Positions 11,940 to 22,974 of a stretch of 64,000 bases of DNA are shown one piece after another. Within the stretch, counting starts at the first letter, position 1, and every line of letters begins with the position of its first letter. A program made the translations under genes and the position numbers. Source of the DNA: Octopus vulgaris (lineage: Eukaryota); the NCBI GenBank assembly GCA_951406725.2, contig OX597814.1:35898001-35962000 (forward strand). The letters are read 5' to 3'. The notes beneath the pieces were generated by a model, which was given only the letters and a program-made list of their open reading frames with translations, did not search any database and was not told where the DNA came from.

Positions 11940-14230
11940 CTTATCAAAAAGACTCCCCAAAAGATAAAGCTTAATGATAAAATAGCATTTTAAACCCAAT
12001 TTTTGTAGAGATATTAAAAACAGACACCAATGTTGATATCACCAGGATAAATAAAAGATTGTTTTCAGCAATCTCAATAGCTAGAGATAAAACTGAACAC
12101 TTCTCAATATTGCAGATAGAAGAATATTTAAACCTGAATCCGCAATGTGAAAAAATAAAAAGCACAAAGAGAGATGGAGAAAATCTCAGAATCCTCAAAG
12201 ATAAAAACAACGTAAAGATACAAATTCAAAAGAAAAGATACAACAAAAATATAATGTAAAAAAGAACATTTGATCAAAGAACACTTAATACAAGAGAACC
12301 TGGAAATATTGCAAATATTCTGTTGTTGGGAAAAAAAGCAATAACAATTCTTTGAACAAAACCTTGCTCTTCAGTTCTCTGTTAGCATTAATACCTTTAG
12401 TTAACTTGTTAAACAAAACTAAACTTGGATACAAATGTTAGGAAAGGACAATTTTCCTCTTATATGTAAGATCTTAAGTTGTATTCACAAATGACAAACA
12501 GTTGAGTGTTACAGACAACAAACAGATTCAGAAAAAAAAATTGACATGAAATTTGATTTTAAAAAATGCATGAAGCCAAGCTTGAAAGTGGGGAAAAAAT
12601 AATAAAACAATTAACAAATTAAATGAAGAAATCAAGTTATGAGGATGAAACCTAACAGTCTTACAAATTCTAAGGAATTAATGAACATGATAGAGTTCAA
12701 TGCACATAAATTGTGAGACACGATTAAGAAAGAATATTACAATTGCATTAAACTATTACTTAAAACTATGCTAACGTTAGCAATGCAATAACATGTATCA
12801 ATATTTCAGCTGTTCCAGTGATAAACTATAGTTATATTCTCAATGAATGGATAAGTGAATTGACAAGACCAGAAGAGAAAAAACAATAAAGATAACAACT
12901 GAATTTAGAATGCACCCCCAGAATCTGACAGGAAGATTACATTTAGCATGAATTACAGGAAGGTCAGAGCTTTCTACAACTAGTAATTTATAAAATATCT
13001 GCTGAAGGACTACAAAAATTGTAAGGAATGAAAAAAATAAATAGAGGCACAATGGAAAGCTGCTTTCTGTCTTTGAGGAATCCAACAAATATAAAATAGA
13101 ATTTGAGGTAGCAAAAAGCTGTGACAAAAAACATGAAGACAATTTCAAAAGCTACAAGCATTAAATACTAAACTGAAAATGTGATAAAGTGTTATGCTGA
13201 GACATTGACAAAAATGGAAATAAAAGGCTTTGCCTAATCAAAGCCGTGAGGTTCAGAAGTTAACACTGAGGCAGAAAAATGTATTTTCTTTTTACTGTGG
13301 CACAAAGTTAAAGCTTTCTCTTCAGAAAGTGCCAAAACATGTAGAATAAAAACAAAACAAAACAAAAATGATACATGTGGTATAAGTTGCGGATGAAAAG
13401 AAAGGATCTTTTCAGTTTGAACGGCAGTTCTTTCTAGCGGTGTCATATGAAATTGTCTAAACCCAATCTGTTTCTTAAACGAGGGAAATATTTATACGGC
13501 ACGGAATGTTTTTTACCTCAATACACGTCATTGATTGGTTGAAATTGCAGAAATTGAAGAAAAAAAACCAACAAATATCTTACAAACTATAAAATTTTCT
13601 CAATAGAGCCAAGAGAAAAAGATGTTTTATGAACATATCCTACCAGTATACAAAGTTTTAAATTTTTTAGTTACCTAGAAATTATGCTAAAAAGTACCGC
13701 TCAAACCGAAAAGATCCAAAAGAAATAATGATATTGTTTCTGCCACTTCAATCTTAGACAAAAGAGAATACATATTATGGACAGGATAGAAACAGTGCTT
13801 CTGCATATTAAAAGCTGTGACAGTATTATAAAATACCCAGAGAAATGAAGTGGTATGAGCATATACTTCAAGAGTCAAAGCATGAAAAAGAGACCACACT
13901 CTGAAAAATTCCAATTGTTACAGAAACAAAGATTAAAATAAATCATCCCTATAACATTTTCATCAATTTCTGGTGAGAAAAATATCTTTTAACCAATATA
14001 TAATTTCCAAAAGATAACAATATACTTTTATAAGGAATTGAAAAAACTATTGAAATATAAAGATTTGGGAATAAAAATCATGAGAATGGAGGGATTAACC
14101 ACAGAAATGTATCAAGTACCCCAAACATAATAAGTATCCCAAGAATGATAGAATAATAAAAATGTAGCCTCAAATAAATAATAAAAATCTTGGGACGTAC
14201 ATATGTATAAAACATGTAGAAATGTGCACA
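11940..14230 (+). mobile_element. Old Dong/R4 relic, RT thumb to REL region
   Basis: Decayed GY..LLY..DLKL, AVPVINYS, RMHP and WYEH motifs, in the same order as in 22973-25062. Confidence 0.6.
13404..13717. mobile_element. MITE with GG-initiated TIRs and 8-bp TSD (Merlin- or MULE-like)
   Basis: TIRs ggatcttttcagtttgaacgg / ccgctcaaaccgaaaagatcc; TSD aaaagaaa at 13396-13403 and 13718-13725. Confidence 0.75.
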
Positions 14231-14254
14231 AATTGCATAGAAGACAATTTACTT

Positions 14255-14440
14255 TCAAATTCTGGCACAAGGACAGAAATTTCAGGGGTGAGGTAAGTCA
14301 ATTACATTGACCTCAATATTCGACTGGTACTTATTTTATTGATTCCAAAAGGATGAAAGAAAAACAAAATCAACCTCAGCGAAAATTGAACTTCAGAATG
14401 TATTAATGAACAAAATACCACTAGGTATTTTTCCCAGCAT
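14255..14440 (-). mobile_element. SINE family B
   Basis: Core ctggtacttattttattgattccaaaaggatgaaag. Confidence 0.7.
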
Positions 14441-14690
14441 GTTGTGTTCTTGAGCAAGACATTTTATTTCACTCAGTTCACTCAGCTGTAGAAATGAGTT
14501 GTGACATCATTGGTGCCAAGCTGTATCAACCTTTGCCTTTCCCTTGGATAACATTGGTGGCATGAAGAGGGGAGGATGGTATGCTGAGGCAATTGCTGGT
14601 CTTCCATAAACAACCTTAACCAGACTTGTGCCTTGCAAAGTAATTTTCTAGGTGCAATCCCATGGTCATTCATGGCCGAAGGGGATCACC
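14441..14690 (+). mobile_element. SINE family C, 5'-truncated (CORE-like body, tail T3)
   Basis: cttgagcaagacattttatttcac followed by the tail shared with 35780-36110. Confidence 0.7.
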
Positions 14691-14695
14691 CACCC

Positions 14696-14730
<35 letters not shown>

Positions 14731-14731
14731 G

Positions 14732-15430
14732 ATGGTATAGGCACACACCAGAAAAGGTCACAGAAAACGAGAAAGCAACCATACTCTGGGATATGCCGAT
14801 ACACACAGATAGAGAAATTAAGGCCAACAGACCAGATATAGTTGTCAGAGATCATGAAGAAAAAAATGCTTTCTAATTGATGTATCAATACCGGCAGATG
14901 ACAACGTGTCTCTAAATGAAATGGAGAAACTCTCAAAATACAAAGACCTGGAAATAGAGGTAACTAGAATGTGGAACCTGAAAACAGAAACAATTCCTAT
15001 CATAGTAAGTGCATTAGGCATGATAAAAAAATATTCAGATAAATACATAACAAAAACACCAGGACTTACAAGCACATATAACATACAGAAAATTGCACTA
15101 CTAGGCACTGCACACATCCTACGCAGAACACTTTCCATACAATAACCATCAGAGCATCACAACAAATCACAGCACATGCCCAAGGCACACAGAGCTGCGC
15201 TCGGTAGTGAAGTGAAAGCACGCTATAAAAATAAAACTACTGAATAATAATAATAATAATAATAAGCACATACCCAAGGCACACAGAGCTGCGCTCGGTA
15301 GTGAAGTGAAAGCACGCTATAAAAATAAAACTACTGAATAATAATAATAATAATAATAATAAGCACATACCTAAGGCACACAGAGCTGCGCTCGGTAGTG
15401 AAGTGAAAGCACACTATAAAAATAAAACTA

Positions 15431-15433
<3 letters not shown>
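14732..15433 (+). mobile_element. Dong/R4 3' end (REL endonuclease domain) plus two extra 3'-UTR copies, in (TAA)n
   Basis: WYRHTPEKV..ILWD..ANRPDIV, EKLSKYKDL and ALLGTAHILRR; (TAA)n on both flanks. Confidence 0.9.
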
Positions 15434-15468
<35 letters not shown>

Positions 15469-15499
15469 CAACAACAACAATAACAACAATAATAATTCT

Positions 15500-15700
15500 T
15501 TCCATTATCGACACAAAGCCTAAAATTTATGGTGGCTGGTATTGTTAATTACATCATCCCACCCCAGTACTTGACTGTTACTTACTTTATTCATCCCAAA
15601 TTGGTGAAAGGTAAATTTGAACTCAGAATGTAAAGATGGCTGAAATGCCAACAAGCATTTTGTCTAGTATGCTAACGTTTCTGCCATCTTATGCCTTGAA
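15500..15700 (-). mobile_element. SINE family B
   Basis: tttgaactcagaatg B box and gctaacgtttctgcca head on the minus strand. Confidence 0.65.
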
Positions 15701-15929
15701 TAATAACAATGATAACAATCATAATGATGATGATGATGACGACGGCAACGATGATGATGATGGTGATGACTGCTAATTTAGGCACATGGCCATCTGTTTT
15801 GAGGAGATGAGCGTTAGTCAATACCATCATTTTCAGTACTTAAGAGGTACTTTATTTCATTGACTCCCAAAAGGATGAAAGGTAAAGTTGATATCAGCAG
15901 GATTCGAAATAAGAAGATAAAAAGGAAGG

Positions 15930-16083
15930 AAGAGAGAGAGAGAGAGAGGAGGGGAGAGAGAGAGAGAGAGAGGGAGAGAGAGGGAGATGTACTACAGAAA
16001 AATAAGATGATAAAAGAAAAGACTAGCAGTTCAGAGAAAATGAAAAGACAGTCGCAGAGTGAAAGGAAGACATGGAGAAAAAG

Positions 16084-16133
<50 letters not shown>

Positions 16134-16166
16134 GTAGGTAGGTAGGTAGGTAGGTATGTAGGTAGG

Positions 16167-16197
<31 letters not shown>

Positions 16198-16198
16198 T

Positions 16199-16236
<38 letters not shown>

Positions 16237-16285
16237 TAGATAGAGAGATAGATAGATAGATAGATAGATAGATAGGTAGATAGAT

Positions 16286-16321
<36 letters not shown>

Positions 16322-16345
16322 TGATAGGTAGATAGATAGACAGAC

Positions 16346-16380
<35 letters not shown>

Positions 16381-16953
16381 CAGATAGATAGATAGAAAGA
16401 TATGTTTCTTTATTAGCCACACAGGGCTGCACACAGATAGAACAAATTACAAGGTAGAGCTTTTCTTTTGAAGGTTAAAAAAAAAAAAAAAAAAAGGAAG
16501 GGGGAGTTTCGATCAAAAGGGATCGTAAAAGGAGAGAAAGAGGACAAAAAAAAGGGGGTTAAAAAAAAAGGGGGGAGGAAAAAAATTGATCAATAGGGAT
16601 CGTTATCACAGAAATGTCAATATGAAGTGTAAAGGGGAGGACAGGTGAGGTTTACCCGTGGAAAGAAAAGCCTACGGAAAAGACCACGGTAACCTCGGTC
16701 AATGAAGTCACATTTTATATTTCTTTTTTTTTTTTTTTTTTTTTTTGCAAATAAGCAACTCTCTGTTTTCGATTTCTGGGTTCATAGGACTATGCTCAAG
16801 GTGGCTTCGTCATTCATACATGCCATTCTTGCTACATTCACCCATCTTTTTTTAAAACATTCGCTAGACAAAACTTGCCTCTCTACTCTCACTTTCCTTT
16901 TCAAGTGGTACTTGAAGAAGTTGATGAGAGATTGACCAGAGAGGAAAGTGTTT

Positions 16954-17015
<62 letters not shown>

Positions 17016-17048
17016 CAGACAGACATGCAGGCAGACAGACAGATAGTT

Positions 17049-17131
<83 letters not shown>

Positions 17132-17170
17132 AAGATAGACTGTGAGAGAGATAAAAAGAGAGAGGGAGAG
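15930..17170. repeat. (GA)n/(GATA)n/(GACA)n/(GGTA)n compound microsatellite, interrupted by a LINE 3' end
   Basis: Seen directly. Confidence 0.95.
16401..16953 (-). mobile_element. Tx1/L1-like LINE 3' end inserted in (GATA)n
   Basis: ORF end [31 protein letters not shown] (stop at 16782), pyrimidine-rich UTR and AATAAA at 16414-16409, with GATA repeats on both sides. The clade call is inferred from the C-terminal pattern. Confidence 0.6.
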
Positions 17171-17749
17171 ACACAGCTTTTTATAAGTTAGTTAAGAGAA
17201 AAAAAGCCAGCAATGGCCATGAGCTTTCCAGATCATTCTAAACAGGTGAGACCGAACTGGCTGATGATGACCATCATGAATATTTGAAAAAGAAGGGAAA
17301 TGAAGAGAAACAAACAGATGGGTAAGTGTAAGTGGAATGAGAGAAAGAACATAGGAGGAAGAGAGGTACTTTAGCTTTAGAGAAAGACGGGAGGAAAAAA
17401 AGAGAGAATTAGAAAGCAAAGCAAAGTTAACTAACTTTTTGATCACAATATCAGAGATGTCAAGAACGTTAACATCACTGCCACTAAGATTCTGTAAGAT
17501 CTGATCAATGTAAGTAGTTTCATTAACGTTGATTTTTACCTATGACTTATATACGATTTGACATTCAAATGATTTATCTCATGAATATTGGCAAAAGAAA
17601 AAGAAAAAAACCGGAATGAAAAGCAACAAATGATTGCCATACACACACACACACACACATACATACATACACACACATGTCAATTACTATGTACATATGT
17701 ATGTACAGAAATATATACTGAAGCTGGATTCTAAACAGTTATTAGAATT

Positions 17750-17941
17750 AGATATGTATAAGTGTATGTATGTATGTATGTATGTATGTATGTATGTATG
17801 TATGTATGTATGTATGTATGTATGTATGTATGTATGTATATATTTATGTATGTATGTATGCATGCATGTATGTATTTGTCTATATATATATATATATATA
17901 TTCATTCATATGTATGCATGTATATATATATATTCATATGC

Positions 17942-17998
<57 letters not shown>

Positions 17999-18076
17999 TA
18001 TGTATGCATGTATATCTATATTCATATGCATGTATGTATGTGTATATATATATATATATATTCATATATATGTATG

Positions 18077-18107
<31 letters not shown>

Positions 18108-18116
18108 TCATATGTA

Positions 18117-18152
<36 letters not shown>

Positions 18153-18158
18153 TATGTA

Positions 18159-18196
<38 letters not shown>

Positions 18197-18240
18197 TATG
18201 TGTATGTGTATATATATATATGTGTTCACATGTATGTGTA
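17750..18240. repeat. (TATG)n and higher-order (TA)n-TTCATATG microsatellite
   Basis: Seen directly. Confidence 0.95.
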
Positions 18241-18909
18241 TGATTTATGGAAAATCATGCATAAATATAATCAAACATTAACTGAAAGAGCACTCAAGAC
18301 ATTTAAGTAGAGTATTAAATTTACTTTTGCAAGAAGAAAGTTGATAGTGACATCGAAGTCTTGGTGGTGGTGATTGGTTTAGTCAGTCTAACGAAGCCAA
18401 TTACCAACCAAAGTTTTGAATATATATGAGTGTGTTATTGCACTTTACATTTCCATACACCTCCATGTACATTTATACAGATACTCACCTTACTCTCACT
18501 CCCATACAAATAATCTTTGTCTATCTGTCTGTTGCTGTCTCTGTCTCTGTCTCTCTCTCTCTTTCTTTCTCTCGGTTTTTAGCTGCTCCGACTAAATATT
18601 GTGCATACTGTCTAAAACTACACTCACTAGATTAAAACAACCTCAACTTTTGGTTTGATTAAGTCTATATCAAAGAACCTTGATTGACTGTAGGATGTTT
18701 ATGCATTATCTATGTATTATGTATCATGTGATCATCCATAATATTGGCTGTTGGTATACATCGCTGATCACAATGCGCTTTGTATCTCTAGCTTTCAAAT
18801 GATGCCACCGTACTGGCTAGAAAGCAGACCATCCTTCCTCCTTATCAGAAGGCAAGTGTCTCACAGGGTACCTATTTACAGCTGAGCGGACAGGAGCAAC
18901 GAGAAATAT

Positions 18910-19126
18910 TCTTTACTCTCTTTTACTCTTTTACTTGTTTCAGTCTTTTGACTGTGGCCATGCTGGAGCACTGCCTTTAGTTGGGCAAATCGCCTCCAGA
19001 ACTTATTCTTTGTAAGCCTAGTACTTATTCTATTGGACTCTTTTGCTGCACCACTAAGTTACAGGGATGTAAACACACCAGCATCGGTTGTCAAGCGATG
19101 TTGGGGGACAAACACAGACACAAACT

Positions 19127-19192
<66 letters not shown>

Positions 19193-20638
19193 GGGGAAAC
19201 AAAATTTACAATATTTTGAGGCAGGGATTGAAAGACAGTGAATGACCAATTAGTTTATTGAAAGTTATGAGAATTTATTTGTCACCAGAAAATTTACATA
19301 ATAGAAAATGTTTTTATTCTATGTGTCCCCCTTCTTTTTCAATAACTGCCTTCACATGCTTCCTGAAACTTGCACATGCGTTCCTCAAATATTCAGGAGA
19401 CAACTTCTCCCATTCTTCTTTAAGAGTATCTTTAAGAGCGTTGACATTGCTGTGTGATGTTCTATTGGTAGCATGTTCTAAAACGCACCAAATATCATAA
19501 TTCAGAGGGTTTAGCTCTGGGATACAAGGTGGCCATAAACATGATTCCAAAACATTGCTAAAGTTGGATTTGCAGAAAGCTTGTATTTTTCTAGCTGTGT
19601 GGGCTGGAACACCATCCTGTGTCCATACATAATTACCAACTGGGTAGTCTGCTTTAAGCCAAAGCAATACCTAGTATCTCAGAGTCTTGTAGTAAGTATT
19701 AAAATTGATCTTTTCATCAGCTTTGTAGAATTTTATAGGCATTTTCTTTCTATCAGAAGCCACAACATCAAAAGCCATAACTTGAGCAGGATGTTCTGTT
19801 TTGAATGTTCCCTTAACCTCAGCTGTTGATTTTGCAATAAATCTGTTATTTCTGCAGTTCAGAACAGCATCGACAATGAAGGACCTTTTCTTGAACCATG
19901 TAATAATTTTCTTGCACCTTTCCAATCTCTTTTCCTTCATAGCAGTTGTCAACAAGTGTTTTGGTGTTATTGTGTAAGATGTTAACCTCGAATCATATTT
20001 TACAGCATTTCTAATGGTCTTGTTGTCTACTTCAAGCTCAATTGCCATTTTTCCCATGGATTTTGTTGGATCCTTTAGGATGTTGGATTTGAGAGCTTTA
20101 ATAAAAGCTTTGGTACGTTTTTTGTTGATTCCTCCACTTCCAAACTTCCTCATAATAGTTTTGCTCATAATCATTCTATTTTTTACATTATAAACAGTCT
20201 TTATGGACACTCCAACTATTTTTGAAATCTCTTTGGTTTGACGAGTGCATTCAGCAAATCACACACTCTTTGATGCTTGCTTTCCTGATTACTCATATGG
20301 GCAAAAGTTTCTGAAAAGATAAGGATAATAGTGTTAGGTATGATTATGACATCAATATATGCTAAGTTTCAAAACAATTGACTTAGTGCCTGCTGAAAAA
20401 GAACAACTTAACGTTCATTGTAAATTTTGCTTCCCCACCCTGTATATAAATATATATATATATATACATATATACGACAGGCTTCTTTCAGTTTCCATCT
20501 ACCAAATCCTCTCACAAGGCTTTGGTCGGCCCGAGGCTATAGTAAAAGACACTTGCCCAAGGTGCCACGTAGTGGGACTGAACCTGGAACCATGTGGTTG
20601 GTAAGCAAGCTACTTAACACACAGCCACTCCTACGCCT
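18910..20638 (-). mobile_element. SINE family A, split by a maT transposon
   Basis: Tail half at 18910-19186 and head half at 20443-20638. Confidence 0.85.
19187..20442 (-). mobile_element. Tc1/mariner superfamily, maT (DD37D) transposon, near full length but defective
   Basis: TIRs (t)agggtggggaaacaaaatttacaat / attgtaaattttgcttccccaccctg in a TA context. ORFs 20210-19671 and 19667-19314 contain QDGVPAH...WPPCIPELNPLNY, with 37 residues between D2 and the D3 position (mutated to N). Confidence 0.9.
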
Positions 20639-20789
20639 AGAAATGAAATTTTTCTACTCAAAAACACAATGCTCAGCCTGTCTGGGAATTGAGACCATGA
20701 TTTAACAATTGTCAATGCCACATGCCTAACCACCATGCCACGTGTATTATATATATACTAATTAAATTATATATTACACAATTTATTGT

Positions 20790-21100
20790 GTTTTGTCATG
20801 TACATGATGCCTCGATCCATGGAAATGTTGTTGTAGATGGAACCAGTCAATAATACAAAAATGATTTGGAAACATTGTTCTATAGTTTCCTGTGACCTTA
20901 TGTTAATGTAAAAACAATGTGCAATTGTTATCCTTGCTCTCACATGACACATTTACAGGATTAACACAACCTTAACTTTTGGTGTAACTGTCATTCGTGC
21001 AGCTGCATGATCTGAATGCAGCAACAGCTTCAACCAAATAAAATGTATCTCAGCTTATGGCGATTTCAGCTATACTCTCTCCATGTACCAGAACATATTT
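20790..21100 (-). mobile_element. Decayed RTE RT fragment
   Basis: Weak remnants of LLFADD, GL.IN and F.YLGS.I motifs on the minus strand. Confidence 0.4.
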
Positions 21101-21517
21101 TCAAGCTCTAATCAGATTTGAGACAAACATAGCATAGCTACAGCTATGACTCACTTCAGAGAAGTTCTGGTGTGGGCCAGTCATATGTTCAACCCATCCA
21201 TATGGATTACATGGCAGACTGCAGCAGTTGTTTTTTCTTTAAAATTTAGCAGTTTTGAAATGCACAAGTTATCCTTGGCTGTATGGTTTTTGTTAGGGCC
21301 TCTTTCAATGTCATGGCATTCTGTGAAAGAATATGATTAAAGAAAGCTAATGTTTCTTCTACAGAAACGCTAGAAACAACCAGATTTCCAATGAAGCTAC
21401 AGAAAGAAACATCGGGAACTTGAGAATAAAAGTTACTATTTTAATTAAGAAATGCACACCACATATTTATAACAGATCAGATTTGTTACTATAGCAATGT
21501 ACAACCACTCTTCACAG

Positions 21518-21548
<31 letters not shown>

Positions 21549-21699
21549 CATGCACACACATACACACACACATGCATGCACACACACATACACACATACA
21601 CACTACTACGGGACTGAGAAGTCAGCTAATAACTTTTTCCCAAGGATTTTCTGATAAAGGAATCTCAATCCTGAAATATTAAAATACCAGGTAAAATCA

Positions 21700-22060
21700 T
21701 CCACCTGTATTATTATATTGAAAGCCTGATCATCGTGGCCCAGGACCAGGCATTGAATTCCAGCTCAGTAAAAAAGAATATATACCACACAAGTGCAATG
21801 GACCTCTGCAAAATGTGTAGGAAGAGGGTCAAAAGCAGGACTCACATTGCTAGTGCCTGTGAAAGTCTTGCATAGAAAGAGTACAAGTGTAGACATGACA
21901 AGGTAGCCCAAAACTTTCACTGGCTACTCTGCCGTAAGTATGGATATGAGGTTATGGGTGCTTGGTACTAACACACACTGGAAAAGGTAATGGACGGAAA
22001 GGAGAAGACAAAAATCCTCTGGGACTTTCAACACACAGCCATGGTGCTCCCCCATTATTA

Positions 22061-22112
<52 letters not shown>

Positions 22113-22550
22113 TATAGACTCTGGGACTTTGACTTCCAGACAGACAAGGTATTAGAGCACTGAAAGCCAGATATAGTAACCTTTAGGAGAGACAAACTAG
22201 AGTGCCTAATAATTGACGAGGCAGTGCCAGGAAGTCCACATATCACCATGAAAGAAAGAGGCTTGAGAAATGAGATTGCTAAGATGTTGCAGCTACAAGA
22301 GTTAAACATAAGGGTTATCTCTATTGTCATCAGAGCATTGGATGCAATAGCACCCAATCTGAAAAAAAACTTTTGAAATACCCAACAATCTAGATGTATT
22401 GCAAGAGGTACATTACTTGGAACTGCACGCATATTACATAAATACAGTATGTCTGAAGTCCTTGTTGTGACTTGACAAACAGCACAAACCCCCCACTAGA
22501 CACAATATCTTCAATCAACAACCTCACGATATTGTATACTGTGCAATGTC
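21700..22550 (+). mobile_element. Dong/R4 3' relic (zinc knuckle plus REL)
   Basis: AQDQ, CKMC..HIASAC, RHDKVA, ILWDF, KPDIV and LLGTARIL; ends in (TAA)n. Confidence 0.8.
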
Positions 22551-22597
<47 letters not shown>

Positions 22598-22599
<2 letters not shown>

Positions 22600-22912
22600 G
22601 GGGAGCACCATGGCTGTGTGTTGAAAGGAATTTTTGGAGGTTTGGATAATTCACCTTTGGAAACATGGGTGGTTCGTTCAACATCATTAAACAATCCTTG
22701 ACCAGGGACCTTTTGAGTGGTATGGGCTACTCGACCAGAAGAAAATTCTAACTGGGCCCCACCTGCAAGGTCATGCGCTGTTTATCTTGATATGAGATCA
22801 CCATGTCGTGCACATATGGTTGTGATGCATGTGCCTGGTGTGCCCTTATCAGACGGGCTTCATATATTTTACCCCAGTGTCACTTTGATGGCATGCACTG
22901 CTATCTCACTCA
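22598..22912 (+). mobile_element. Element D, truncated copy in (TAA)n
   Basis: Reverse complement of about 51049-51385; ends in cactca followed by (AAT)n. Confidence 0.85.
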
Positions 22913-22918
22913 ATGATG

Positions 22919-22972
<54 letters not shown>

Positions 22973-22974
<2 letters not shown>

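Noticed and set aside
15171-15433. CRISPR-like repeat-spacer appearance
   Set aside because: The repeats are LINE 3' ends and the spacers are (AAT)n; the context is eukaryotic with no cas genes.
15814-18310. ORFs of 130-215 aa with LSIY or YVCM repeats
   Set aside because: They are translations of GATA, TATG and TA repeats.
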